Part shown: positions 25,501-38,900 of the stretch, piece after piece
Position numbering within the stretch: the stretch's first letter is position 1
Layout: each line of letters starts with the position of its first letter
Assembly (NCBI GenBank): GCA_951406725.2
Contig: OX597839.1
Span: 14,508,001-14,572,000, forward strand
DNA from: Octopus vulgaris
Taxonomy: Eukaryota
Reading direction: 5' to 3'
Length of the DNA stretch: 64,000 nucleotides
The notes under the pieces: model-generated
The model's database searches: none
What the model was told of the DNA's origin: nothing
The model's input: the letters and a program-made list of their open reading frames with translations, nothing else
Translations under genes and position numbers: made by a program

Positions 25501-28500
25501 GACAGGCTTCTTTCAGTTTCCATCAACCAAATCCACTCACAAGGCTTTAGTTGGCTCAAGGCTATAGTAGAAGACACTTGCCCAAGGTGCTACACAGTAG
25601 GACTGAACTCAGAACCATGTGGTTGGGAAGCAAGCTTTTTACTACACAGTAGCTCTTGCGCCTGTTCTGTTTGTGTATTTTTATTGTCCCATAGAAAGAA
25701 TCTGACAAAATTTTCTTTTGGTAATTGATAACATATAAATCCAACAGCTGTACATTCCAGTTGTAATGTCTACATCAGTTACATTGGTCTGGCTTCCTAT
25801 AAAAAGGCAACAGCAGACTATAACATCACTTCATCATGAAGATGAGATCATAAAAGAGTAAAACTATTGATGCTGGATTTAGAAACTGTACTGTTCCATG
25901 AGGAAATCACATAAAAATATATAAAAAAAAAACTTGATAAAAAAGATCGAATTAGGACACATTCATGATTCTGAACACACACACACACACAGACACACAT
26001 GTTTGGACAAACAAACGTGAGATGAATGCATGTTTATTCATTTGTAACTGATAATTCACTTTATTGTCACTCAAAGTTCATTGTTTTATTGCGTGTGTGA
26101 GTGTGCAAGCACGCGTGCACACACACATAGAGAAAAGCAGAGAGAAAAAGTAGATAAGAGAGAGAAAGGGAGGATGAAATAAATGAGAGAGAGAGAACTG
26201 TATTAATGCATGTTGTGTACAAAGTATAAAAAACAGCACTTACCTTTCACTGGTGCGCTATCACCTACTTGCAACATACCAACATTGTCCTCACGATGAA
26301 GTTTAACATTAACCCATTCCTTGGCCTTGATAGGCTCAGCACTTCTGATGATAGCAGGGCCTAGGGAGAGATGAAAAGAAAATAGAAACTTATTGATGTG
26401 TCACAGGAGGACAACTAAACAGTTGCCTTTTATATTTTACATGGTTCACTCATTTATCTGCAGCCATGCTGGAGCACTGCTTTGAAGAATTCTTAGTCAA
26501 ATGAATTGATCCTAGTACTTACTTTCTTCTTAAGCCTGGTACTTATTCTGTCAGTGTCTTTTACTGAACTGCTAAGTTATGGGGACACAAACACACCAAC
26601 ACTGGTTGTCACATGGTGGTGGGTGACAACCACAGACACAAAGACACACATACACATATATATCTATATATGACAGGCTTCTTTCAGTCTCCATCTACCA
26701 AATCCACTCACAAGGCTTCAGTTAGCCTGTGATTATAGAAGATACTTGTCCAAGATGTCATGCAGTGGGACTGAAACTGGAACCATGTGGCCAGGAAGCT
26801 AGCTTCTTACCACGGGGCCACATCTATCAGTAGCAAAATGATGTAGCCTGTCAGTGTGTCACAGAAGTTGGAGATGATCAAAATAGGACGGACCCAGTAG
26901 ATGGCAAAATGAAGAGATATCTGGAACTCAGTGTTTATTTTAATGGAAATAATGTTGTTTTCTAACATGAGTACAATGTTTCACTATTGACCTTACTTTT
27001 TTACTGACACAAATATAACTGACATCAGTTGGATGAAAGGCAAAGTGAAATTGGACAGGTTCTGAAATAAGAATGCATATTTATTTGCTATACAGCAAGC
27101 CTATTCAACTCATGCCAGAATGAGGGATTCTGGGCATATGATGATGATGATAAATTTAAAAATACATAGATGAAGTACAATGGTTGTGAAGTTAAGGATT
27201 CTGGATTATTAACTGTGTGAAGTAAAATTCAGAATTCGTGAAAATCAGTGGGGATTGACATTGGCAGTAATTCATCCACAAGAGAGTTTAGTATGTTCGG
27301 TTGTCATGAGAAACAAAGAAAGTAACATTTTGGAGCCTTGCTCTTCATCTGAAGTGAAATGGTGATTGTGGCTTAAGATGTGAATAAATAGACTAAAGCA
27401 ATTTCCCTTTTCTTTTTCTATCTCACTTCTTTACAAAGGTAAATTCTTTCCACACAACAACTGAACTCATCAAATTCTTCTACAGACTATGCTACTGATA
27501 AAATGGTCACAAGTTCAAATCTTACTTTAGACATTGTGCCTTGAATCTGATGAGTAAAGATCATTGATAATTTTACTCCATTCTGTACAAGCATTTCCTC
27601 CAACAAAACACTGTACTAATTACCCATGTAAGCCTGGAAAATGGCTATAACAACATTAAATGGAAAAAGTGATTGTTTATACCCTTTTCCAGTTTGTACA
27701 GATTTTGCACATTCAATACTCCTGACTTTCATAAGTATCATACACATATATCTTTGTCTGTTTTTTTTTTCAGGAACAAAGAAGCCATTTGTTGCCAACA
27801 GAATAAATTGTGCCTCAAGCTTCTTTAAAATTCCTCTTATTTTATTTTATTATATTTTCATATCAATGAAAGATTTACAAAAAGTTCTTTAAAATTTTGT
27901 AAGAAACAAATTTTGTTTTTACCACAAATTTAAACAGACAAAAAAAAACAAAAAAAAACACTAAAGTCAAACAAAGGAATTTAATGGAATAGATACTGAC
28001 CTGATCCAACATCAAATCGGAATTCCAGATAGCCATGATCTTTAAGAAGCAAGGCAACAAAATCTCCATTTCCATTCTGTTGCTGACCTTCATAGAGAAT
28101 GATACCATCATCCAGAGTATGGGGTTTAATTAGGATGTCGATATTTAAAACCTTGTGGCCATCATTGATAGGTGGGTAGGAAATGTAGGAGGTCTTGTTG
28201 AAGAATGGGTCTTTCACTGTTACTCCTGAGGTTGATGTATATTCAGGTGACAGAAACAGGGGTCAAGAAAAAAACAAATGAAAAATGTTGAAAGGGTGAA
28301 GGTGAAATGAAGAACAGAAAATGTATTTAGTAATTTTATTGAGAATTGATAGTTTGTATTTGTATAAAGAAAATAAAAGTACTGAAGGCATTAATTTCCT
28401 TGAGGGGTTGAAGTATGTACACTTACCATATACATCTGTGAATTGAGTATGTTAGTAATTAATATCCTTTGATTATGAATAAAGTTAATTTCTGTGTAGG

Positions 28501-29611
28501 AAGAAATATAATTAGCTGAATGAATGTTAATGGTTTTGTAGGAGCACTATCAAAGAATCTACTTTCATGTAGTATAAATATATCTAAGTCAAGCCATTGC
28601 TGTTTAGTTTCAGGTCAATTGATATGACCAGTAGATCAAAGACATTCCAACTGTGACCATCCAAATTAGTCTTTTTTGAAAGTGTTGCTTGCATTAGGTA
28701 AATCAGTGGGGCTCAGCCAGGGTCCACATCACCCTTTGGTGTCCATAGAAGGTTCTGTTGTTAAAATTTGTGCAATAAACTGGTTATACTTTTACAATGC
28801 ACAAAATATTTTAACACCTTTTTAATACAATATTTAATTATAAAAATATGAGGGTTTTTTTTTAACATTGAATGTTTATTAGGGTACAGTAGAGTAAAGA
28901 AGGCAAAAAGTAGCTGACAACCACTGAAATTCACAAATTTTATATTGGTGATTAATACTGTTATTGGTTACAAGTTTTTCAATGGGTCATTCACTGGGTC
29001 TACAGTATTTAGGATGGCTAGAATGACAAGGATTGTCTGTACAATTACCACACAAAATATTTTTTGACCAAAAACACCATTTTACAGTTTTCTTTCAATG
29101 TTTAAATTTTTGGTGGTACTCATCAGATATAGGTGTGTGTGGACATATATATATATATATATCCACACATACACAGAAACATGGATGCATTATGTTTTAC
29201 ATGGCATCTTTTTTTTCTGCTTTCTTCTTAAAAAAGTACATATATCCTTCCTTCAAGAAATGATGGAAGGTAAGGAACAAATCAAACATGAAAAAGGAAA
29301 AAAAAAATTTAGCAAAACTGGCAAACAACCATTGGAGGTAAAATGCAACAGGAAAGTCTGAAATTAGAGAGAGAAGAGGGAGAGAGAGAGGAAAAGAGAG
29401 AGAGAGAGAGAGAGAGAGCTGTAATAAAAGGTGTTGTATAGAGTTACTCAGTGCAAGTGTTAGTGGCTGCAAGTGGAGGTTATATCATCTCACGCAGTTT
29501 TGGATGAAGCAAGATAAGAGACTGACAGCAGAACAAGTTGCATATTGTTTTTTAATGAATATACCTAGGTGTGTAGGTGCATTTCAATCTCTCTCTGTCT
29601 CTCTCTTTCTG

Positions 29612-29650
<39 letters not shown>

Positions 29651-29790
29651 AATGCATTCACTACTCTGCATGGCTGTGTATAGTTTTTCCCTTCACACAA
29701 TTACAAAACACTAAACTCATGTCAAAACATATATAGAATTATACATCTAAGCTTTATTTGAAAGTGTTTTGTGCATATATATCTGTATGT

Positions 29791-29840
<50 letters not shown>

Positions 29841-32800
29841 ATACACACACACACTTACATATGTAAATGTGTGTGTGTGTTGTAGTTTGCTTGAAATATG
29901 ACAAAATAAAAAAAAGAAAGAAAGACATAAATGTAGTAGGAGAATGATTAAACATAAATTAGAACAAAGATTAAATTTTTACCTGAAAAATTTCAATAAT
30001 CTGTTATTTTGGGGTGAGAATACCTCGTTTCATTAAAGAAGAGCAGGAGAATACATTTGGTTTCATTTGCACTTTCAAGTCTATATGAGATGGTCTAATA
30101 TTGAATAAAGCTTATTTGGCTCATTCAAACATTCTCCATGGATTTGCAATGTAACGTCTCAAAATAACTCTCAAACATCTCACTTTCTTCACAGTTCGGC
30201 AACATGTGATCTTAACATTTGATACAAACCTGAAAGTGCAAGAAGCCCAGCTGCATTCTCCTGCTTTCCTCACTCAATGAAAAAGAATATTTTCACCTGA
30301 AATACTGGATTATTAAATGTTTTAAGGTTTAATCGTAATTGTTATTTATAATTAATCTTTCCCAACTGCATTGCTGTTGCTTTCTAAAACAATGTGTTTG
30401 ATATATATGTATAGAAATACATACATAAATATATATATATATATATATACATATATACACACACACATACATATACACACACATATACACACACACATAC
30501 ATACACACACATATATATACACACACACACACACATATATATATCACGTGATCACGTGACCAACCAGACCATCAGATGTTGTTACACATCGCTGGTCACA
30601 ATGCGTTCGCATTGTTTTAGCCTTCAAGTGACGCCACCCCGCTGGCTAAGCGAGCAGGCCAATATATATATATACACATATATATTTCTATACATATCAG
30701 TAAAAAAAAAAATATTTTATAATAAAGCCAAAAAGGACAGAAAAGGCTGGTGGAAGCTAACTTCATGCAGCTTATAGCTCAAATATCACTGTAATAGAAG
30801 GCTGTGTTATAAAGGTTAAAGAAGTGGCAATGGTATATGATGGTAATGATGAATGAGGTGATGGTGAAATGAATGAAAGATTATCTAACGGTTATACATT
30901 ATGAATATATATGTTTATATAAAGTGAATGATAATGTCCGTCTGTGTAGTTTATGGGCTGAGCTTTTGAAGTTGTATCTTTAAACATTTTCATAACCTTC
31001 TGTCTGATTCCGGTTTATATTTTATAAAACAAAAAAAAAAAAATTGTAATTTTAAAGTTTTCACACATACCTGTAAACCTTTTATCATAAATTTGCAAAT
31101 GAACCTTTATGTTCCAAACTCTGCTTTAGTAACTAAAAAGTCAGCTACATTTTTCAAAACTTTTCCAAATCATTAGTTATTTTCAAAATTATTTGAAACA
31201 TGTAAACACCATATTTCATAAGAAATAGGGACACAAAATGGTTAACTGATAATGCACCTGTATAGTTACATTATGATTTCTTCTATTTTTCTCAGACAAT
31301 TTAAAAAAAAAAAATGTTTGGTACTGACTTCAAATCAAGATCTATATGTAAATAGGCATGGCAGCTGAAACTACCTCAAGATGGCTATGGTTGATAAAAA
31401 GACTGCATGTAGAACCCTTTCATAGGTGAAAACTAGCTCAGTCATTGCTACCTCACTCAGGTGAACCATCACACTAAGGGGCAAAATGCTTGTGACCCTG
31501 AAATACCTGTTGGTGATATGGTAGGTTTCCAGCATTGCAATGGATTTAAAAGAGGTTGCAAAACCTCTGAGTAGCTCCTGTAATTTCTGTATGGGGCAAA
31601 GCATCTCTGATGTTTATTTCACTTATTTCATCAAAGACATTAATTACATTGAGCACTTCTCCCTTTAGCACAACATCACAATATTTTTGTGAAGGTACAG
31701 TCTATTATACTGACTTCACCCAAAGCATTTATTTCTTTCATATTGCAATTCACAAACAATAACATCATCATTGGTTACAGGTTTCCAACTAACCAATCGA
31801 TGCATTTCTGATGGAAAGGGTGATAAGTGCCTGTAACTTAGTTTACTGGTTTTTGTTGTTGGTACTTATATCTCTCATCAATACACATCAATGAAAGATG
31901 TACATACTTATCCAAACAGATACTGGCTTCTATGGAGTTTCTGTCTACCAAGTTCCACTCAAAAATTAATGGTCAATACTTCTCTCTCTCTACTTATATA
32001 TTATTGCAGAAAGGTAAAATGCAAAACTGACCTCAGCAGGATTTGATATTTACAAAAACACATGACATAAATAAGAAAGATTTTGTTAAATACAAGACTA
32101 TATCATTGTTCCCTGCATATATTTCACTGTTGTCGTATCATTTAGAACATCGTCATTTTATAAGATTTTGCTGCCAAATTTTAAAATTAACATAAACGGC
32201 CATATTACATTTTAAAGCATCGGTTCTTGTCTGATCACCGAAGTTAAACAACATCGAGCCTAGTTAGTACTTAGATGGGTGACTGCTTGGGAAACCTAGG
32301 TGCTGTAAGCATTCCATTCAGCGGTGGTGCCCCAGCATGGCCGCAGCCTTCAGGCTGAAACATTTTTACGGATTTAAGGATTTATAAACATTTATTTACA
32401 CGAAAGAAAATTACTGGAGAACTTTCATCTAATTCTTCCAAGTCTTTCTGTTTAAACTGTATTGAAACTATTTGTGGGGATTTTTTTTATGAGGGCAACT
32501 AGTTGCACACCTCAAGGTTTAATAGAACCTGCTGAAGCAAGCCGGCAAACTCACAGTATTACCACGGGCAATGGTGAGGCTAAGGTATTGGGAAAACCAA
32601 GCACCCCGACAGGCATCACCTGACAACTCGGTGAGGCAAGCTGCCAACATTGACAAGAACTTCCCAGTTAGTGGCCCAGTTCCTTTGGACGTCTCAAACT
32701 CCACAGGTTGGAAGAGATAGTTCACTGTCAGGTTCCGATACTTCAGGGTTTTCATCCATTCGGCTATGGAAGCAGTGACCCTCCCATTAACTGCAGCATC

Positions 32801-35132
32801 CAGGAAGTGGGAGGGAGCAAAGGAGTTGCAGACTGTAACGTCTCAAATGAGGCACATACCTCTAACCCTGTTTGGAAACTCTGCACTGAATGTTCTAAGT
32901 ACAGTAGGATGGCTAACCACAATGAACCTTCAGGGGATTCACTCTATTACATTATATTACACAGATCAAATATTTATCATAATTTCTCCTATATTTGCTC
33001 TGTATATCACTACTAGCCATACTAATAAATCCAGAAATAACAATACCACTAAACTGGACACAGACTGGATGATGATGATGATTTACATGGAGCTCTAAAG
33101 TTAACAGTAGCAGTCATACATCTGATTGTACACACAAGGTACATGCACACACACATGTAGGTGCAGCCATGATGTTTTCATCATTATTTAACGTCTGCTT
33201 GCCATGCTAGCATGGGTTGGACGATTTGAGAGGAGCTGGTCAGCTACCCAGCTTCCACCTGTCTATTTTGGCATGGTTTCTATGACCAGAAGCCCTTCCT
33301 AAAATCAACCGCTTCACTGAGTGTACAAAGTGCTTTTATATGGCACCAGCACAAGAACATTTTACATGACACTAAGGTGCGGCACTTGATATGTAATTAG
33401 AAAATTTGCTTCATAAGTTTGAACCCATTATATTGCAAACTGGACAAATGTCTTCTACTATATCCTTCAATATGTATGTGCACATGTATGTAGATACATA
33501 TATACGTTTATATGTCTGTGTTTACACATGGGTATATACATAAAAACCAGTGTTATGTTATTTTATATATATATATCATCATCATCATCATTTAACGTCT
33601 GCTTTCCATGATGGAATGGGTTGGATGGTTTGACTGAAGGTTGGCGAGCCAGAAGGCTGTACCAGGCACCAATCTGATCTGACAATATTTTTACAGTTGG
33701 ATGCCCTTCCTAATGCCAACCATTCTGAGAATGTAGTGGGTGCTTTTTATGTGCCACTGGCATGAGGGCCAGTCAGGTTATACTGGCATCGGCCATGCTC
33801 GAATGGTGCTTTTTATGTGCCACTGGTATGGGGGCTAGTCAGGCAGCACTGGCAACAATCATGCTTGAATGGTTCTTTTTACGTGCCACAACCATGGGTG
33901 CCAATCAGACAGTACTGTCATCGGCCACAACTTCACTTGCCTCAACAGGTTTTCGCAAGTGCAGTTTATTGCCCAATGATTGAAAGGTGCTCTTAAATGG
34001 GCTGGTTATGCTACACTGGCATAGACCTCAGTTATGGTCTCACTTGGCTTGCTGGGTCTTCTCAAGCACAGTATACCTCCAAAGGTCTCGGTCACTTGTC
34101 ATCGTGAGGCCCATTGTTTGAAGCTCATGCTTCACCACCTCATCCCAGGTCTTCTTGGGTCTACCTCTTCCACAGGTTCCCTCTACTGCTAGGGCGTGAC
34201 ACTTTTTCACACAGCTGTCCTTATCCATATGCAACATATAACCATGCCAGCGCAGTCATCTCTCTTGCACACCACATCTGATGCTTCTTATGTCCAACTT
34301 TTCTCTCAGGACACTTACAATACATATATATGAGCTGAATTTAAGCTATTTGAAATATGTTTGTGACATATTTCAATTGCTAAAAGGCAAATACCCTTCA
34401 GTTACTGTGGAGAATAAATTTCTGTTATGGATCTTAAAAAAAAGATAAAAAGAAAAGTTTTAGAAATTAACTGAAAAGAGTTTATTCTCTTCTATGTTCT
34501 TAAATGCAACTGTTTTCCAAATAGTTCTATTGATCAAGGCTATATATCTCATCATATAAACAAGCTGTAAACAGTGGCATTTATTCATTTATCTTCAATT
34601 TATCTAAGATACAAAATACAGAGATGTTTGTGCACAATGAAAGACAAGTAATATTGAATCTGAGGAGAGATGAACGAACAGTGACAAAAGATGAAATTTG
34701 TAATGACTTGAGATGGGAAATGTGTTAATTTAAAGAAATATCACTGAATAATGCTGAACAGATGGATTGGATGAACAAGATGGAAAATGATAGAGAAAAG
34801 TTAATCAAACGAAGGCAAAGATTGCCCTGAAAATTAATAAGCAGTCATGAAATCAAACCAAGACAAAGCACTAGTTGAAGATTTAAAAGAGGTATAGAAT
34901 CGAAGGGAGGTAATTGAAAACAAGCTGGGGTGAATTAAAGCTCTGGCATAAGAAAAAGTAAGACGAGAGAAGAGAAAAATATATAGTTCAAGAGGTAATA
35001 AGAAAGCTTGTGATAAGACCAGAATTAAAGCAAACAGGAAAAAGGTTTATATACATATATATTTAATATATTGAAAAAGTATATATGCATACATTTATAA
35101 TATATTAAATGTATTTATATATACATTAAGAG

Positions 35133-35179
<47 letters not shown>

Positions 35180-35237
35180 TGAAAAAGTATATATGCATAC
35201 ATTTATAATATATTAAATGTATTTATATATACATTAA

Positions 35238-35274
<37 letters not shown>

Positions 35275-35863
35275 TGAAAAAGTATATATGCATACATTTA
35301 TAATATATTAAATGTATTTATATATATATATATATACGTACATATATATATTTATTGATAGATAAATAAATAGACAGATAAAGAAAAGAAAGACTTTTTA
35401 AAAGAAATTAGTAGAATATGATGGATTGAACCATATCAATAGAAAGGAAGGAAATAAAAGCTGAAAGTCGTTAAAGTTAAAAAATATTAGAGAACTAAAA
35501 GAGGGTGGCTAAGATTTTGGCAGCGTGCAGAGTTGATGAATGACAAACTTTTTTTAAGTTTTTTTTTTTTTGTCTTTTACAGTCAAACACTCACCCTCTT
35601 GGCATCTCCTGCCGAGGTGTCCAATAGGACAAATACACCTGATTGTGGCCAAGCTGGGGATTTCTTGGCACCTTCCATGTGACCCACAAGCACCTGGTAA
35701 AACAGGTCAGTAATATTTATCAATAGTTTCAATAATTTTTATTGTTGTTGTTGTTGGAAGGGGTGGCAGTCAATGATTACAAGCAAACGAAAAAGAAGAG
35801 ATGATCAAATATATGTATCAGATATTGTTTTACATTCTGCACTCTTTCAGGTGACAACAAATA

Positions 35864-35910
<47 letters not shown>

Positions 35911-35920
35911 CACACACACA

Positions 35921-35954
<34 letters not shown>

Positions 35955-38900
35955 CACTCACACGCATATATTTTACTGTATGAAAAAAAAAATATTGGTC
36001 CCTTACTAAAATACAAATTTTACTATTGTAACTTAGCACAGATGGTAAAATGATTCACTAAAGTATACTGCCAAACTGTCAGTATTAATTACATTGTTTC
36101 TATGAAGGTGATGTGCAAATAGCAAAGTTAACCCTGGTGAGATCTGAACTCAGAGCATGTAAAGTAAAAACCCTTTCAGTCATGAATGACCATGGGATTG
36201 CACCAAGAAAGTTACCCTCTGAGGCACAAGTCTGAGCAAGGTTGCTTATGGAAGACCAGCAGTAATTCAAACATACCAGCCTCCCTTCTCCATGCCACTG
36301 GTGTTGTCCAAGGGAAAGGCAAAAGCTGATACAGCTTGGCACCAGTAATGTCAGAACACATTTCTACAGCTGAGTGAATTGGAGCAACATGAAATTAAGT
36401 GTCTTGCTTAAGGAAACAACACACAGCCTAGGCTGGGGATGGAACCCACAATTTCATGATTATAAACTCAATGCTCTAATCACTGAGCCATGTGTTACTA
36501 CAAAACTCAGACCCCTCTCTGCTAACACATTGTCCTGTAATTTTGAACAAAGGAGAATTTAGTGTGTGTGTGTGTTATTTTGTCATGTAAGAATATTGAA
36601 AAAGAGTTTAATGTGCACTTAGGTAGTTTATTTAAGTTTTCTTACATCCACTGTTTATGCTGGTCTCCAGCTTCTTCACTTGCGGTGGAAGTCTGCTGAA
36701 GAACATGGTGTCCAAATACCTGAACACCAATGACAACTCATGGTGTGGATATAACAACAATTAAACACACATAAATATGAGTGTGTGTATACATACATTA
36801 AACTCTTGAGAGTTCATTCATGTTTCAACAAAAAATATATGTGAATAAAAACTCAAATGATGTGTAAAGGAGATCAAATGTGATTAGCCAGTATGACTCC
36901 AATGAACAATCTGCAACAAGATATAAGGTTTTGTGTAACAACTCCACTTAGTTTACAAAATGATGAATCTACATGCATTACATACATACATACACTTACG
37001 TATGTTCATGTTCACTCATATGCATGCACACATGCAGACAGACAAACACACTGACAGACACACATGTATGCACACAGCTGGCAGCATTTTGCATTGAAAA
37101 ATATAAATTTTGGTTGGACATTCTTTGAAATGACCAAATACACCACTGGCCATTCTTCTGAATCACAGAAGTTAAGCTATAGAGCCTCGTCATGATGCTG
37201 TAAGGAGGAAAGGATCAACAAAATTAATAGTTTAAAAAATATCTAAAAACAACTCTAGCAACTTGCATAATAAATAATTTCTGGTTATGTCACTGCCACT
37301 AATAATATAGGGGATAGAATTATTACTTATAGGAAAAAAAAAATATAGGAACAGAACCAAGATATAAGATAATGTCAGCAATGTAACTGACATAAAACAA
37401 ATGTAAAAAAATCTCTTTCCAAAGAATTTTCAGAGAAATTTTGCAAAATAATAAGAAATCAACCAAAGATTCCAATTGCATTATATATGGGTTATATAAA
37501 ATAAAGTATTATGTGCATATATATATATATATATATATATGCAGAAGACACCGATGATCCACTCGATTGCTACTTAGAGGTTTTCACTACGTGTGATCAT
37601 TCAGAGGAGAAAAGAAAATGAATGAGAGGAACTTGATGTGGGCTAATAAGAAACACTGGTTTGATCAATTTTCATTGGTCCATAGCAATTTAGTGAAGGG
37701 CTGCCATATGCTGTAATGAAAGTCTCTTGTACTAAGAGACAATTACTTGAGTCTTCTGCTTGTGGTAGGGGGAAAATTAGGACTATGAAGAGGTAATAAA
37801 TAGGATAATTTCAAATTTCTTCTCTCACAAGGATATTTCCAACTGTGCACATCACACTATAATGGTGCGACTATCAAGATGTGATTTTAACAGGAAAATA
37901 GAACACAGAAACGTTTCCCACAAAACAGTAGAACCACGAAGAGAAACAATTTGATGCAACCCATATATCTTGGACATTGACAAGAGTGTTGAGCCATTGT
38001 TAAGTAACCATGTCTCAGCTATACATAAATTTCATAAGCTCTTCAACAGGAACAATGTGAAGGTTAATTATAAACACCTGGATATCTCCAAAAAACTCAC
38101 ATCATAATTCAAGTCACCTTCCACCTAACTGCCAGAATGCAATTTCAGAACCATTGAGAATTGCTTACCTAATAGATCTTGCCTCCCTAAGGGGTCAATA
38201 AACAGAGCAAATATAACACCTGCTGATAGAATTGACAGGAATTAAACAGGACTTATGGAAAACATCCTTAAGATATGTCATGTGACAAGCATATAAATTC
38301 CTTTTAGTTCAGAGATAGAATTAATTCAACTTCTCTGATCTGTTATGTTTGGAAATTAAAGAACAATAGAATTAAAAGCATTGCTAAAACCTGGAACATT
38401 CACACTGTTCCAGAAGATATTCAAATGTAATAATATAGCAAAAAAAAATGCTTATTAAATCTATTCAAAAAGTGAATAGCAACAAGGGCATAAACTTTGC
38501 TGGGTAAAGTCAATTGGCTTAACCGGTGAGAAACTGGTAATTATTTTATCAACCACAGAAGATTGAAAAGTAAATTTGATCCTCAGTGGGATTTGAACTT
38601 AGAACATAAAGTGATGTAACAAGCCATTTTGTCTGATGCTCAACTGATTCTTTTGTATATTGGTATTGTCTAAATAATATCAGGAACAACAACAATAAAA
38701 TAATAATGATTAATAACAATGCTTTTCAAACTTTGGCAGAGGGCCATAAATTCTTTGTGATAATAACTGCTTTAATCAAGCCCAGTACATGACTGGTATT
38801 TATTTTATTTGCTCAAGCAAAATGAAAGGCAAAGATGACTTTGGCAGGATTTGAAATTCGAACATAAAAATTCATGGTTGAGGATATTTACCAAGGCACT

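Noticed and set aside
29197-29357. Acceptor after a (CT)n tract giving a hydrophobic, TM-like terminal exon ([12 protein letters not shown]…KKKAEKK)
   Set aside because: The hydrophobicity arises from T-rich low-complexity DNA and the tract is a microsatellite; nothing independent supports a membrane-anchored isoform.
32192-32312. Functional 5S rRNA gene
   Set aside because: Multiple substitutions, no oligo-T terminator, solitary, and fused to a SINE tail.
35064-35335. Regularly spaced repeats resembling a CRISPR array
   Set aside because: Eukaryotic intron; spacers are (TA)n tracts, so this is a simple tandem duplication.
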